A stretch of 63,238 nt of DNA, filler included, from Octopus bimaculoides (GCF_001194135.2; 5 parts of 3 records of this genome joined end to end with filler, not necessarily neighbours in it); one strand, 5' to 3'; positions 14,800 through 29,100 are shown, counted from the first letter of the whole stretch. A program made the numbers and translations. The notes: generated by a model not told the origin, from the sequence alone.

Positions 14800-15240
14800 T
14801 ATCTAACTCTCAAATATCATGATCGTTCGTCATGCACGAATTAAGCATTTGCATGCCGCACCCGCCAAGATACCTAATTCAGTTAATCTTTGCTTCAGAC
14901 GGGTTGGTACGAATCTTGTTGCTCCAACAATAATAATAGGTATGAAGCTGAAAGTGTATGTTGGGTGCTGGATTTGCAATCTCATCACAGATGTCTCCTT
15001 TCTCTTGTATTTTTCTAAACACATCGATATTCATAGGGCAGCTGATTTCCATTACGGCATTAAATCTGCTAGAGTTATCTCGCGTCGGTATTTCCCATTG
15101 AGGAAGACAAAAGATCCAGGAAGGCAGCGTCTGGGAATCCGACAGAGGGCAACACTTGGCAGATATGGTGTTTTTTGCAACTTTTGCCATAAGAGACATT
15201 TTTTTCTCCGCGCTAACTTCGGTAAATTTGCCATTAGAAG
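14800..15240 (-). mobile_element. Degenerate REL-endonuclease retrotransposon fragment
   Basis: 'EISCPMNIDVFRKIQEK' and 'LQIQHPTYTFSFIPIIIVGA' across frameshifts match the 43.4 kb and 62.1 kb copies. Confidence 0.7.
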
Positions 15241-15676
15241 CTGAATATGTCACATGCTTATTTTAATTAACCTGAAGTTCGCATATATATATATATATAA
15301 CACGCAAACACACGCACATACACACACACACGCACACAAACACACGTATGTACACACACCACACACAAAACACACACACACAACATATACATACACACAC
15401 ATACATACACATACACACTTCAAACTGCTAGTCACACACCTTTTTACTGACCATTCCTCTAATCACATGTGAAGAAACACAACTACACAAACGACCACCA
15501 CTACTATTACCATGCTGCTGAATTCTTCCTACAACATTAAAAGACACGATGTTCTCTCTCACACACACACATATAAAGAGCCAACACCACACAAACACCA
15601 CACACACAACACATGCATACACACACACACATACACATACACTCGATATAACACACACACACACACACAACTTTCT

Positions 15677-15719
<43 letters not shown>

Positions 15720-15905
15720 TTATTAATATTTCTAAGTCTCTCTAAAGGAGACTACGACAGCGGTACTGGAAATTAATAGTTATCGCCAAGCCAACATGGC
15801 AGTCCCAAAATTAGGACGAAAGCTGCCGTGAATTAGCTCCAAGAAGCCATCGCCTCTAGCTAGCTATGTGACACACGAAACCTGTGTCCTTTATAACCTT
15901 ATATA

Positions 15906-16005
15906 NNNNNNNNNNNNNNNNNNNNNNNNNNNNNNNNNNNNNNNNNNNNTTAATTAATTAANNNNNNNNNNNNNNNNNNNNNNNNNNNNNNNNNNNNNNN
16001 NNNNN
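15906..16005. other. Artificial scaffold linker N44-TTAATTAATTAA-N44
   Basis: Exactly 100 bp with stops in all six frames; identical linkers at 22764-22863, 31570-31669 and 61402-61501. Confidence 0.9.
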
Positions 16006-16057
<52 letters not shown>

Positions 16058-17156
16058 GTGTAAGCATATATATATACATACATTCATATATACGTATGCA
16101 TATTTGCATATGCATACAGATCTGCATAATATATTCGTATCTGTGTGTGCACGTTATTACGTAACATGTGCTTCTGTTGATGAAGAAATTATGAAGTCAA
16201 AAAATAAAATGCAAATTTCAATTTTAACAGACACATACATACACATGCTTACACACATATATTCAGTCACACACACACACACACACACACACATGTTAAT
16301 ACCCAAGAACCCAGCAACAGACTAATGTAACATCGTTTGCCTGTTACTTTTACGCGTCGTCTCCTCCCACCACCTCCACTAACACTAACAAAATATCTTC
16401 CTCCCTCCCACCACCATTCCCACATCAAGGATACAAAAAAAAGGGACAATTTTGCTGNNNNNNNNNNNNNNNNNNNNNNNNNNNNNNNNNNNNNNNNNNN
16501 NNNNNNNNNNNNNNNNNNNNNNNNNNNNNNNNNNNNNNNNNNNNNNNNNNNNNNNNNNNNNNNNNNNNNNNNNNNNNNNNNNNNNNNNNNNNNNNNNNNN
16601 NNNNNNNNNNNNNNNNNNNNNNNNNNNNNNNNNNNNNNNNNNNNNNNNNNNNNNNNNNNNNNNNNNNNNNNNNNNNNNNNNNNNNNNNNNNNNNNNNNNN
16701 NNNNNNNNNNNNNNNNNNNNNNNNNNNNNNNNNNNNNNNNNNNNNNNNNNNNNNNNNNNNNNNNNNNNNNNNNNNNNNNNNNNNNNNNNNNNNNNNNNNN
16801 NNNNNNNNNNNNNNNNNNNNNNNNNNNNNNNNNNNNNNNNNNNNNNNNNNNNNNNNNNNNNNNNNNNNNNNNNNNNNNNNNNNNNNNNNNNNNNNNNNNN
16901 NNNNNNNNNNNNNNNNNNNNNNNNNNNNNNNNNNNNNNNNNNNNNNNNNNNNNNNNNNNNNNNNNNNNNNNNNNNNNNNNNNNNNNNNNNNNNNNNNNNN
17001 NNNNNNNNNNNNNNNNNNNNNNNNNNNNNNNNNNNNNNNNNNNNNNNNNNNNNNNNNNNNNNNNNNNNNNGGCTAAGGATTTTGTCCGGCTCGGTAACGA
17101 TTCCACCAGCTTGCCGCCACATACAACAGTTTTAATGTAAGATCCCTTCTAAAGTA

Positions 17157-17395
17157 GCGAGCTGGCAGAATCGTTAGCACGCCGGGCGAAATACTTAGCG
17201 GTATTTCGTCTGCCAATACTTTCTGAGTTCAAATTCCACCGAGGTCGACTTTGCCTTTCATCCTTTCGGGGTCGATAGATTAAGTACCAGTTACGCACTG
17301 GGGTCGATGTAATCGATTTAATCCGATTGTCTGTCCTTGTTTGTCCCCTCTATGTTTAGCCCCTTGTGGACAATAAAGAAATAAGAATAGTTAGC
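17157..17395 (+). mobile_element. SINE family B (core resembles the Deu/Nin SINE domain)
   Basis: gagctggcagaatcgttagc...ttctgagttcaaattcc...gtcgactttgcctttcatcctttcggggtcgat...aagtacc; further copies at about 4.5-4.9, 10.9-11.1, 32.9-33.1, 41.0-42.2, 49.3-49.6, 51.5-51.7 and 55.0-55.4 kb. The domain name rests on recalled similarity. Confidence 0.8.
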
Positions 17396-17539
17396 ATATC
17401 GGACAACAGTTAGCATATCGGACAAAATGCTTAGCAGGTCGACAGACACAGGAGTAAAGGCACACGCACAGATACACCTCGCACTGATAAACCACACACA
17501 GACACACACAGACACTCACCCACACACATGCCACATATA

Positions 17540-18820
17540 CACGGAGATGCAGGAAATAAATAGACACCTTTAATTTTCACAATCTTTTATTTAGTATGCA
17601 AAGCGGACAATTGAAATGTAATCGATAGGTAGGACTACATACTTTAGTATTTAGTTGACATTCTCTTTGCAGTTTTTAATTCAGAAACTCTTTTTGGCAT
17701 TGAACTGATGAGTTTTGTGATTGCCTCTTGTGGAATTTCTGCCCACTTTTCACGCAGCAATCGAAACAATTCATCTTTAGATTTAGGTTTCTGTCGAGTT
17801 TTTCGTATATTTCTATCTAGTATGTTCCAAAGATTTTCAATTGGGTTTATGTCAGGAGATTGGCTCGGCCAAGGAAGCTTTATGATCCCATTTTCAGTCA
17901 GCCATTCATTGTTGATTCCTTTTCGCTGTGTGGCATGGAGCCCCTTCTTCCATGAATAAAAGCTCAATTTTCGTTAAGGTATCGTGTGAATACATCGGAA
18001 GTAGTCCTTGCTTAAGTATTTCGATGTATTTTTTAGAGTTTATGGTTCCAACACATTCGATCAGCTCAAAACGACCATTGCAGGTGACAGCTACCCATAC
18101 AATTACAGAGATACTGCCATGTTTCACAGTTGGTTAGAGTCGTTTTAAATCAATTTCTTTATTGGAAACCTCCAGACCCAAACACGTCCACTGTCTGAAA
18201 ATAAGGCAAATCTGAATTCATCTGAGAAAATCACTCTATCCCAAAATGAACTGGATTTTTCTGACATCTCCTTAGCCCATTTCTTTCTTTTTATGATATT
18301 AATTAATGGAAGGAAAGGCTTTCTTCTAGCTGCTCGTCCATAATACCCAAGCTTATGCGGATATGTAACACACGTTCTTGGACTAACTTCTAGCTGTTTA
18401 GCAATGTCAGAAGCTTTCGAACGGGGATCGTTTTCCACAATTCTCTTCAAACAGCGAAGCTTCCTTTTCGAGGGCCCAGGTCGGCCGTGACGAGAATCTG
18501 TTGATTCTTTTCCTTGGCTTTTGAATTGCACTATAATTCTATTAACAGTAGCAAGAGGAATTTGAAAATTTTCGACAATTTTTCGCTAGCTAAAACCAGC
18601 CTCACATTGCCCAAACAATATGACCTCTTTGAAAATCTGACAGTTCTGCTGAATTTTTTGTGCTTCGCATGGTTAATCTTCGCAAATGTTTAATATAATG
18701 GCACCTGGAATGAAAAAGAATAATTACATTGTAAATTCTACACCGCTGAAAACATATTAAGACCCTTAGTTCAGAAATTTTGACAATTAAAGGTGTCTAT
18801 TTACTTCCTGCATGTCTGTG
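17540..18820 (-). mobile_element. Near full-length Tc1-like DNA transposon with disrupted transposase
   Basis: Imperfect ~45-bp TIRs (CACGGAGATGCAGGAAATAAATAGACACCTTTAATT / reverse complement at 18776-18820) with TA flanks; HTH region, VIFSDE, GAPCHTAK and PWPSQSPDINPIENLW lie in three frames. Confidence 0.93.
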
Positions 18821-21344
18821 TATATGTGTATATGTATACATACATACTTACATACATACACACACAGACGCACACATACATACATACATACATACATACA
18901 TACATACATACATACATACATACATACGTACATACATACATACGTAATTACGTACGACAGACTTCCATATAGTTTCTGTCTCCGAAATTCACTCACAATG
19001 CATAAGGCATTGATCACCCTGCCCGCAGTCATAACAGAAGAGACTTGTCTAAGGTGTTGCCCAATGGAACTGAACCCGGAACCATGCGGTTACAAAGCAA
19101 GCAACTAATCCATACAGCCACGGCCGCCTTTATTGATAAACCACTCAAGCAAATAATGTGCTGAGTATTCAATAAACGCTCTATTTCTTACTTGGCATCT
19201 AGGTCCCATGGTATACCTTAATGATAAACTAATGATGACGAAACGAAATAACATGCATATAAAGGTCAAGTCAGCGATTTACTAATAATTAACCAGTTGT
19301 CGTAGAGAGATTTATGTTTCAACTCTTCTAGGGCGCTGAAGAAACAAAAGATATGAGGACTTAATGGGAATTTAATTACTGCTTTATTTAGGTATGCTTC
19401 GGTAACACTTGAAACCATAAATACCACAAATACATCCCGTTTGTGTGGATATTTTTAAAGATTTAGGACGAAGACCGATTTGCAGGTTTAATCGTAGTCG
19501 TAAGCCGCAGAAGTCTGTAGGCTTCTTGTAATAGTTTCTGCTGTAGTTTTAGAAAAAAAGAATAGATTGGTTTATAAATTAATTATAAAGCGACGGATGG
19601 AGTATTCAGGCGTGGCTGTGTGGTAAGAAGACTGCTCTCCAATCAAATGGTTCTGAATTCAGTCCCACTACGTGACACCTTGTACATGTGAATTCTACTA
19701 CAGCTTCAGGTCGACCAAAACAATGAGAACTGCTTCGGCAGACGGAAACCGAAAGAAGCCCGTCGCAGATGTTTGCGTGTGTGTACACACCTGTCTTCGT
19801 CCTTTCCTTTTTGTAAATTTTCCTCATATATATATATTGATAGGAAGGACAACAAAAGAAAGAAAGAGACCTCGATATTATGTAAATAGAGGAATTTATC
19901 TGTAAAAATATGTGACACTTATTCGGTAGCCATGATGAAACTCCGAGTTTCGGATGCCGGGGTGGGAGCCCACGCCAACATCTCTTCCATTATCCAGCCA
20001 TTGAAAATTCCTGTGAAAAATGACCGTTAAACAAAGGGAAATTACTGTGTGGTTGACCGTCATTAAGACAAAAGAGCTAATAGACCGCTAAGTAAGGGGA
20101 GGGGGTAAAAGTAAGGGAGTAGAGAAATCTATAGGTTCGCATAAGCGCACCAATCCGTACATTCACCTATATTTATATACTAAACCACCCTCGCTTTAAA
20201 TACACACATGCTCACCCACATACACACCATAAACTATACATATATGTACATATACATATATGTACATATACATATATATACACGCATATAGTGTATATAT
20301 ATATATCGCCGCCAGGAGTGCTACATCATTTGTGTGATGTGGAAAATATACCATCAGTATTGCACAAGTTGCACAATATTGCACAAAGAATACCGGACCA
20401 ACCCCCTACACCAGGATATGTCTCCAACAATAATAACTATTTACTAGAGTGGGCCATGTTAGCCATATATGACTAAAAGACTTCACAAGTTGGTACTATT
20501 AAGTTAGATATGGCCTGTGCATATACAGGCCGAAACCTATCAAAGTTATCAAAGTTATGTGTGTGTGCGTGTGTGCGTGTGTGTGTGTGTGTGTGTGCGT
20601 GCGTGCTTGTGTGTGTGTGTTTGTGTGTACACGCTTAGCAGTGTAGTACGAGGCTTTGCTTCCCAACTACATACGTCCAGGTTCAGTTACAAGTAAAGGA
20701 ATAAACGAATAAAAGAACAAAAGAATATATATGCATATGTATATATATTTACATGTGTGTGTGTGCGTGTGGGTGGGTGTGTGTGTGTGTGTATGTGTAT
20801 ACATACGCTCGTGCACACATACGCACACACATACACGCACTCAGGTATGTGCGCGCACGCACACACATACACACGCACACACATACACACACTCACAAAT
20901 ATATATATATATATAAGAATAGGGAGAGAGGAGGAGACAGACAAGAGAGACAGAGAGAAAGTAAGACATACATATACGTTTGATTAAACGGCAAATGCTG
21001 TGGTCCGTTTCTTTTACTTTACCCTTCACCCAAAATATAAGGCAGCGATCATAAAACACTGTCTCCATTGTCCTGTGAACGAAGTCTTTGCCTCTAATTT
21101 AGTTGCGTAATATTCTTGTGAATAATACACATTAATGTGGACACATATTGCCACTGCCGTGTTTTAATCTTCAATTGTTAAACACAACCGCTTTCGCGTG
21201 AGGATTGTCGTGAATCGGATTACTGAGACGTATTTCTGTTGTGAGATGTCAAATAACTCCAGCAAACAATATGCACAAAGACACACGCATTATACATTTG
21301 TGTATATATATAAGCATGCATACACAGATATACATCATTGTGTG

Positions 21345-21382
<38 letters not shown>

Positions 21383-21975
21383 NNNNNNNNNNNNNNNNNN
21401 NNNNNNNNNNNNNNNNNNNNNNNNNNNNNNNNNNNNNNNNNNNNNNNNNNNNNNNNNNNNNNNNNNNNNNNNNNNNNNNNNNNNNNNNNNNNNNNNNNNN
21501 NNNNNNNNNNNNNNNNNNNNNNNNNNNNNNNNNNNNNNNNNNNNNNNNNNNNNNNNNNNNNNNNNNNNNNNNNNNNNNNNNNNNNNNNNNNNNNNNNNNN
21601 NNNNNNNNNNNNNNNNNNNNNNNNNNNNNNNNNNNNNNNNNNNNNNNNNNNNNNNNNNNNTATATATATATATATATGTATATATATATGTATATACATA
21701 TATATATATATATACTTGCGTATGTAATGATATGTGTATGTATGTTTACATTTGTAAATATATATATTCACTTATAAACATATATATATGGATAAGTATA
21801 TATGTATGTGTGGGTGTGTGAGTGAATGCTTGTGTATATGAAGTGTGAGTGTGACGGAGAAAGAGAAATTCATTAAGTTAGTGACTCAGTCAGTATATGG
21901 GTGATATAGTTATTTGATAAGCGAAAGTGAGAGAGAAAGGGAGACAGTGAGAGGGATAGTGAGTGTGCGTGTGTT

Positions 21976-22016
<41 letters not shown>

Positions 22017-22920
22017 GTGTGTGTGTGTTAAGAAGGTCAGTAAAGAGATGAATATACATAAAGTGAGAGAAGGTGAGGGCGAAAGCGATGGATAAAAATG
22101 AACGACGTGTGAAACAATAAATTATTCTTTCAACAAACACTGACCGCTGAGAGAAACCAAACTCACCGCCATTTTCTTTTATATGTTTGCTGTTTCTTTG
22201 TTTCTCTTATTTCTTTTTTTTCTGTTTTTCCCACACATTTCGACCAAAAAGTAGTTTAGCTAATGTGTCAAGATCTAAGAAATAACCAATGCAAAAGAAA
22301 TATCGAAATACTTGGCGTGGAACAAGTAAAAACAGCAAAAACAATAATAAAACAGAACAAAAAAAATAAAGGTTCTTTTGAAATTTCACCTCCACAGACT
22401 TTCAGATGTTTATATGTTAACATTCATTGCAGAACAAAAACGTATTGTTTAACTGACAGAATAAGCCATCTTGGAATTATCTTAGGTAAACAGACATTCT
22501 ATTAATTAAATTCAGTTTCTTCTACAGACAATGTCAACACCCAACAAACTATTATTGCTTTTATTACTTCTCCTTCCTCTTCATTGTCTTGTGTTCTTTA
22601 TTTGTTTTGTTTTGTTCTGTCTTCGTGTTTTTTTTTGTTCTTTATTTCTTATATTTTATCTACTTATTGTCAGCACACCCATTCAACCTCCACGTGTCTC
22701 GCTTTCTCGTTTTGCTTTCTCTTACAATAAAGACCCACATAGACAGAAACACAGACACTAACANNNNNNNNNNNNNNNNNNNNNNNNNNNNNNNNNNNNN
22801 NNNNNNNTTAATTAATTAANNNNNNNNNNNNNNNNNNNNNNNNNNNNNNNNNNNNNNNNNNNNGTCTTTGCAGTGTCTGGGTGACCTCTTCAGTTGTTAT
22901 TATTATTATCATTATTATTA

Positions 22921-22983
<63 letters not shown>

Positions 22984-22984
22984 G

Positions 22985-23735
22985 TCTTCGGTCTTTCACA
23001 AAAGGTAGCAGACGGAAAGAAAGAAAGAAAAAAACAAAAAGGAAAGAAAAGAATTGGGGAAAAAAATGTTCAGTCAAAAAGTTATTATTTTGCAAACCCA
23101 CGTCATCCCATATTTATCTCCACCGCCGCTCATACACTCAGATCAAATCCAAAGCTCCTGCTTTTGAGGATAAGATGTATTTGTACAAACACTGGGGATA
23201 ATTGGAAACATGCAAATGTTTTTGTGCGCCATTATGTAAAGTGCTAAAGGGCGGTTATAGTGAATCAATATTAAAGGAAATCGCGTATGACATAGCTGAA
23301 ATTAATAGTGATAATCAAACTTTCACGCCTAATTTAACAGTCAGAAAAGAGCTTATGGCCGAATTCCTTTCCTGATTAACTGGTACTGAAGTCACGCTGG
23401 CATTTCAAAAGTGTTACATGGCAGTTACCAACATATTTCAAAATATCCATCAGAAATGTTATGATTTACACAGGAGACACCTGTAAAAATTCCCATTTGG
23501 TGTATGCAGCGGAATGTACCAAACACAAAATGATTTATGTTGGTTGCACAACAGAACGATTACAAAAAAGATTTAACGGACATAGGTACGACGTCAGGCA
23601 CAAGAGCAGTAGTTCCACGGAACTTGCGGAGCATTTCACATCAAACGAGTGTAAATTTGAGGGAGACCTGAAGGTGCACATTCTCAAAATATACCCTCAC
23701 TCCACCGCACTTTCAGTCCTCAAAACCCATTAGGA
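22985..23735 (+). mobile_element. Penelope-like element fragment (RT thumb plus GIY-YIG endonuclease)
   Basis: KPTSSHIYLH (RT C-terminus) and HLVYAAECTKHKMIYVGCTTERLQKRFNGHRYD (GIY-YIG); (TTA)n on both sides. Confidence 0.88.
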
Positions 23736-23763
23736 TAGATATTTATTATTATTATTATTGTTA

Positions 23764-23848
<85 letters not shown>

Positions 23849-24504
23849 CATTATTACATCTCGTGTTCATTTGATAAAAGTCGCACTCTTATTGTTTCAG
23901 AANNNNNNNNNNNNNNNNNNNNNNNNNNNNNNNNNNNNNNNNNNNNNNNNNNNNNNNNNNNNNNNNNNNNNNNNNNNNNNNNNNNNNNNNNNNNNNNNNN
24001 NNNNNNNNNNNNNNNNNNNNNNNNNNNNNNNNNNNNNNNNNNNNNNNNNNNNNNNNNNNNNNNNNNNNNNNNNNNNNNNNNNNNNNNNNNNNNNNNNNNN
24101 NNNNNNNNNNNNNNNNNNNNNNNNNNNNNNNNNNNNNNNNNNNNNNNNNNNNNNNNNNNNNNNNNNNNNNNNNNNNNNNNNNNNNNNNNNNNNNNNNNNN
24201 NNNNNNNNNNNNNNNNNNNNNNNNNNNNNNNNNNNNNNNNNNNNNNNNNNNNNNNNNNNNNNNNNNNNNNNNNNNNNNNNNNNNNNNNNNNNNNNNNNNN
24301 NNNNNNNNNNNNNNNNNNNNNNNNNNNNNNNNNNNNNNNNNNNNNNNNNNNNNNNNNNNNNNNNNNNNNNNNNNNNNNNNNNNNNNNNNNNNNNNNNNTA
24401 CTGTTGAAATATCGTTCAACTAATCAAATATCTTACAATCGAATCACGCTCTTCGTCTTCACTGTTTACCTTTGTGAAGAGTTACGTCAATCCTTTTAAA
24501 AATA

Positions 24505-24588
<84 letters not shown>

Positions 24589-26119
24589 CATTATTATTAT
24601 TATTATTATTATTATATACACACATATTTATATATATACATATATACATGCGTATATGTGTTTGCGTGTGAAAGCGTGTGCGCGTGTGTATAGCCGGACA
24701 TATACACACACGCACACACATATGATTACATCAGTGTGACTATTTATGTACGTATATTTATATGCCTGTGTACATGTATATATATGCATATATGTACATC
24801 TATCTTTTCATATAGATGTGTGTATGTGTGTGTGTATGTATTTGAATATTCTCGCGTTCGTCTGTATGCTTGAGTGCGTGTCTATGTGCTTATGAATTAG
24901 AGTGTATACAAAATTAAGGGAGACTCTAAGCATTTTTGTTCTGAATAATTTGGAATAGATTTGACAGAATAAGTAAGAAAGTAGGCCAGGCTGTCACATC
25001 GTATAATTGCAATAAATTCCTTGCATTGACGTTTTATATTCTGTTCCAAGCATAAACTTGGATATAAGTTCAGCAGAGCGCTATTAAGTAGTGAAACCTA
25101 AAGTCTTGAAAATAATAAACACTGAAAGTTTTATTAGATCACAAATTAATACAATGTATTCTATCAAAAGAACTATCTGAGCCAATAACAATTACGTAAT
25201 TTTGAAAATGAATGTTAAATTAAATGAAAAACAAGAGCACGCAAGGAGCGCAAACCTCCGATAAGGCAACGCTAACGTCCTCTCAACGATTAGCCAGAGA
25301 TGACTTTTAAAATGAGAATATTTCAAATAAACTCCACTGCTCTGACAAACGAGAATACTAAAAATGAACCCGGCTGTTCTAAAAAATTGAGTAAAAAAAA
25401 AAAAAAAGGAAAAATAATCAAGAATCCCTGTCCGGTTCGGATCGATCCCAAAGTCTAATCTTTTCGAGATAGTCACGAGGCAAAACGTCCCTGAAAGTGT
25501 CATTCGCTTTCATCCAGCGGTTCCTGAGATATTCTGTCCACAGACAAACAAACGTATAAACACTACTGAAAACAATACCTCCGCCTTAGGGAAGGCGGAG
25601 GTAACTAGAAATGTAATGAAGGCGCGTACAAGAACACCTCCAGAATTTATACAGGGGAAAGAGCCATAGCCCAGCACTAAAATCAGAAGTGCATGAGCGT
25701 GGCCGCAGGGATTAAGAATCCGAGATATATATTATTGAATATGTGTTTATTACACACACATATATATATATAGATATGACGGGCTTTTTTCAGTTTCCGT
25801 CTACCAAATCCAGTCACAGGTCTTTCGTCGAACCGAGGCTATAGTAGAAGACACTTGCCCAAGGTGCCACGCAATGAGACAAAACCCAGATCCATGTGGT
25901 TGGTAAGCAAGCTACTTAGCACACAGCCATATGGGAGCAACTGTCTTTGAAAGCTCATACTGTCGTTGAATGCTCAAAATGAGGAGTAGAAAGACAGCCG
26001 ACGACTGATGAAGTGTCCTTTCTCTGTATTTACTGGTCCTGTTTTCCATTTTGCCTCGTTTGTTTACGTGTTTCATCATATTTGCACCGTTTGTGACGCC
26101 CTGCATCCACAATATACGC

Positions 26120-26154
<35 letters not shown>

Positions 26155-26921
26155 TTATATTTTATTATATAATTGAACGCGACACATCCATTTTCAAGTA
26201 AGTTTATCTTCACTTTTTTTATACGACTCTCTACTCTATACTGTTTTCTTCCTCCATCCTTCTCTAATTCCCTTTTTCTCCTCCTCCATCCTTCGCCGTT
26301 TTCTATGTGTCACTCTTTCTCTCCCCTCTTTCTCTTTTTCTCTTATACATAGATATACATATATATATTTTTTTTATTATATATAGATATATATAATCAA
26401 TTGAAATAAATAAACAGTTCAAATAAACAGATAAAACAACTAAAAAAGAAGAGCAACAACGAACGTGAGAATGTGCACAAGTATATCAGAAGCATATTAT
26501 CTTGACGCTCGTTGAAAGGAGAGAGAAACATCGTTTCGGACATAGCTTTTCGAAGGAAAGGAGAAAGGGAAAACTCCAAAGAAGGAGGAAGAGAAGAAAT
26601 CTCCAACGGACTACGTGTAGTTACATTGCTGATATATATTGCATATATATATACATTGGATAACTTAGCAGGTTTGGCAAAAGAGACCAACAGAATAAGT
26701 ACTAGGCTTACAAAGAATAAGTCGATGCTCGAGCATGATTGCAGTCAAATGATTGAAACAAGCAAAAGAATAAAAGAATATATACATGCATGTATGTATT
26801 TGACGATATATGTGGTATTTGTTATGCTCTAGTTTTTCGAGCGATCTTTAGAGATAAACTGTAAAGAGCAACGCCCTTGTTTGCCAATTGTATTGAAAAT
26901 ATACATACATGCACAAACACA

Positions 26922-26967
<46 letters not shown>

Positions 26968-27773
26968 CACACACACACACACACACACGCACACAGAGTT
27001 TACTTCCACTAGAAGAGTTACTTAAACATGGATAACTATCGTATTAGGTGTATATATTCAATTAGATCGACAAATTCGATTTGATCGACAAGTATGTTTT
27101 TTTCTGGAATGTTAATACATATCCCTAGCAGAACAAAACATGAACGTCGATAGAGAAATATCTGTAACTCAGAAACTTAACGACACTACAGAAAAATATG
27201 TAAATTATAGTTTTCGAAACACTATCGATTCTCTCAGTAGAACAGTCTTGCAGTGACAACAGCAATACTTGTATGTAAAGGGAGAAACAAAATCCATTAT
27301 TTAAACACAATATTCTTTTCTACTCTAGGTACAAAGCCCGAATTTTTTGAGGAGGGGGCCAGTCGATTAGATCGACACCAGTACGCAACTGGTACTTAAT
27401 TTAAACACAATATTGGAAAAGAAACGCTCACACACAACATACACTAATAGATAGAATGCTTATAACCAGTTGATGAATGAAACATGTGGGAAAATATATC
27501 TCCCGATACACTGGGATTGGTCTTATTAAAAGGTACATACGTTAATTATGATATACTATGTGTTTATGTATTTTCTATGATACTCAATGTATGTATCTAT
27601 GTAAATATTTATGTCTAGATATATGTGCATATAGAACCCCCTCCTCTCTCTATCTCTCTCTCTCTCTACATGTATATGTATGTATTCAGCAATCCAAAGC
27701 CTTTTAGGAGCCTGCTAAAGTTTAACTCGCACGGAATCAAATCAAACTGTTTTAAATCATACATGTGTATGTG

Positions 27774-27809
<36 letters not shown>

Positions 27810-28203
27810 TACATACCTAAAACATACGCACGTACAGAAAGCTATATATGCTTACTTCTTTACTTTCTCTAACGAATAATTTTTAAAGTTGAGCGTTCTA
27901 CTCAAATTGAAGTTATCTCCCTTTCTCCCCTTCTACGCATATGAATCGCTGCGTTAACACGCGAGCGAGCACTCACCTTCCCCCACACATGAGCCAGTGG
28001 CTTTGTTAAACCGAATTCAATCTACTCTCCCAGAAGCTTAAACAGCACTATCGTCGCAATCCCGCACCGGTTCGCTATATCCGGCTTGATTCACAACATA
28101 TGAGCCACCTCAAGCCTATGGTGAACAAAATTTACCTACCATTCTGCGCGATTGTGTAGCGAACTAGCTAACTACTCTACTATGTCGTCATATTTGAAGT
28201 TAA

Positions 28204-28260
<57 letters not shown>

Positions 28261-29025
28261 TCTTGTATTTTGGGATGGTCTTTATTGTAGTTCTTATTTT
28301 TTAAATTCTATTTTAACTCATGACTATCGTCCGGAAATCTTTCATCACACATATNNNNNNNNNNNNNNNNNNNNNNNNNNNNNNNNNNNNNNNNNNNNNN
28401 NNNNNNNNNNNNNNNNNNNNNNNNNNNNNNNNNNNNNNNNNNNNNNNNNNNNNNNNNNNNNNNNNNNNNNNNNNNNNNNNNNNNNNNNNNNNNNNNNNNN
28501 NNNNNNNNNNNNNNNNNNNNNNNNNNNNNNNNNNNNNNNNNNNNNNNNNNNNNNNNNNNNNNNNNNNNNNNNNNNNNNNNNNNNNNNNNNNNNNNNNNNN
28601 NNNNNNNNNNNNNNNNNNNNNNNNNNNNNNNNNNNNNNNNNNNNNNNNNNNNNNNNNNNNNNNNNNNNNNNNNNNNNNNNNNNNNNNNNNNNNNNNNNNN
28701 NNNNNNNNNNNNNNNNNNNNNNNNNNNNNNNNNNNNNNNNNNNNNNNNNNNNNNNNNNNNNNNNNNNNNNNNNNNNNNNNNNNNNNNNNNNNNNNNNNNN
28801 NNNNNNNNNNNNNNNNNNNNNNNNNNNNNNNNNNNNNNNNNNNNNNNNNNNNNNNNNNNNNNNNNNNNNNNNNNATGACCCTGCAAGACTAGGTGAAAGC
28901 GCTAATTTATAAAACATGTGACTTATGAATAAAAATCTGTAAATATACAACCATCCAGACATCTGAGTACCTGATTATTATTTTTTCTAATATATAATTC
29001 CTGTACATCACCTCCAAACCTTCCA

Positions 29026-29100
<75 letters not shown>

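Noticed and set aside
15790-15840. GTCC-caaaatta-GGAC-GAAA, similar to hammerhead stem II
   Set aside because: No CTGANGA core precedes it; it folds instead as a bulged hairpin. I could not build an HDV-like fold either.
15950-15961. TTAATTAATTAA palindrome recurring four times
   Set aside because: Always centred in exactly 44+44 Ns with stops in all six frames: an assembly spacer, not biology.
22531-22761. Signal-peptide-like ORF MSTPNKLLLLLLLLLPLHC
   Set aside because: The hydrophobicity comes from T-rich low-complexity sequence, and the ORF continues as F/L/C-rich noise.
26030-26122. Minus-strand peptide YIVDAGRHKRCKYD resembling a DEAH-helicase motif
   Set aside because: Short, starts in a (TA)n tract, ends in a stop, with no splice sites or other helicase motifs.
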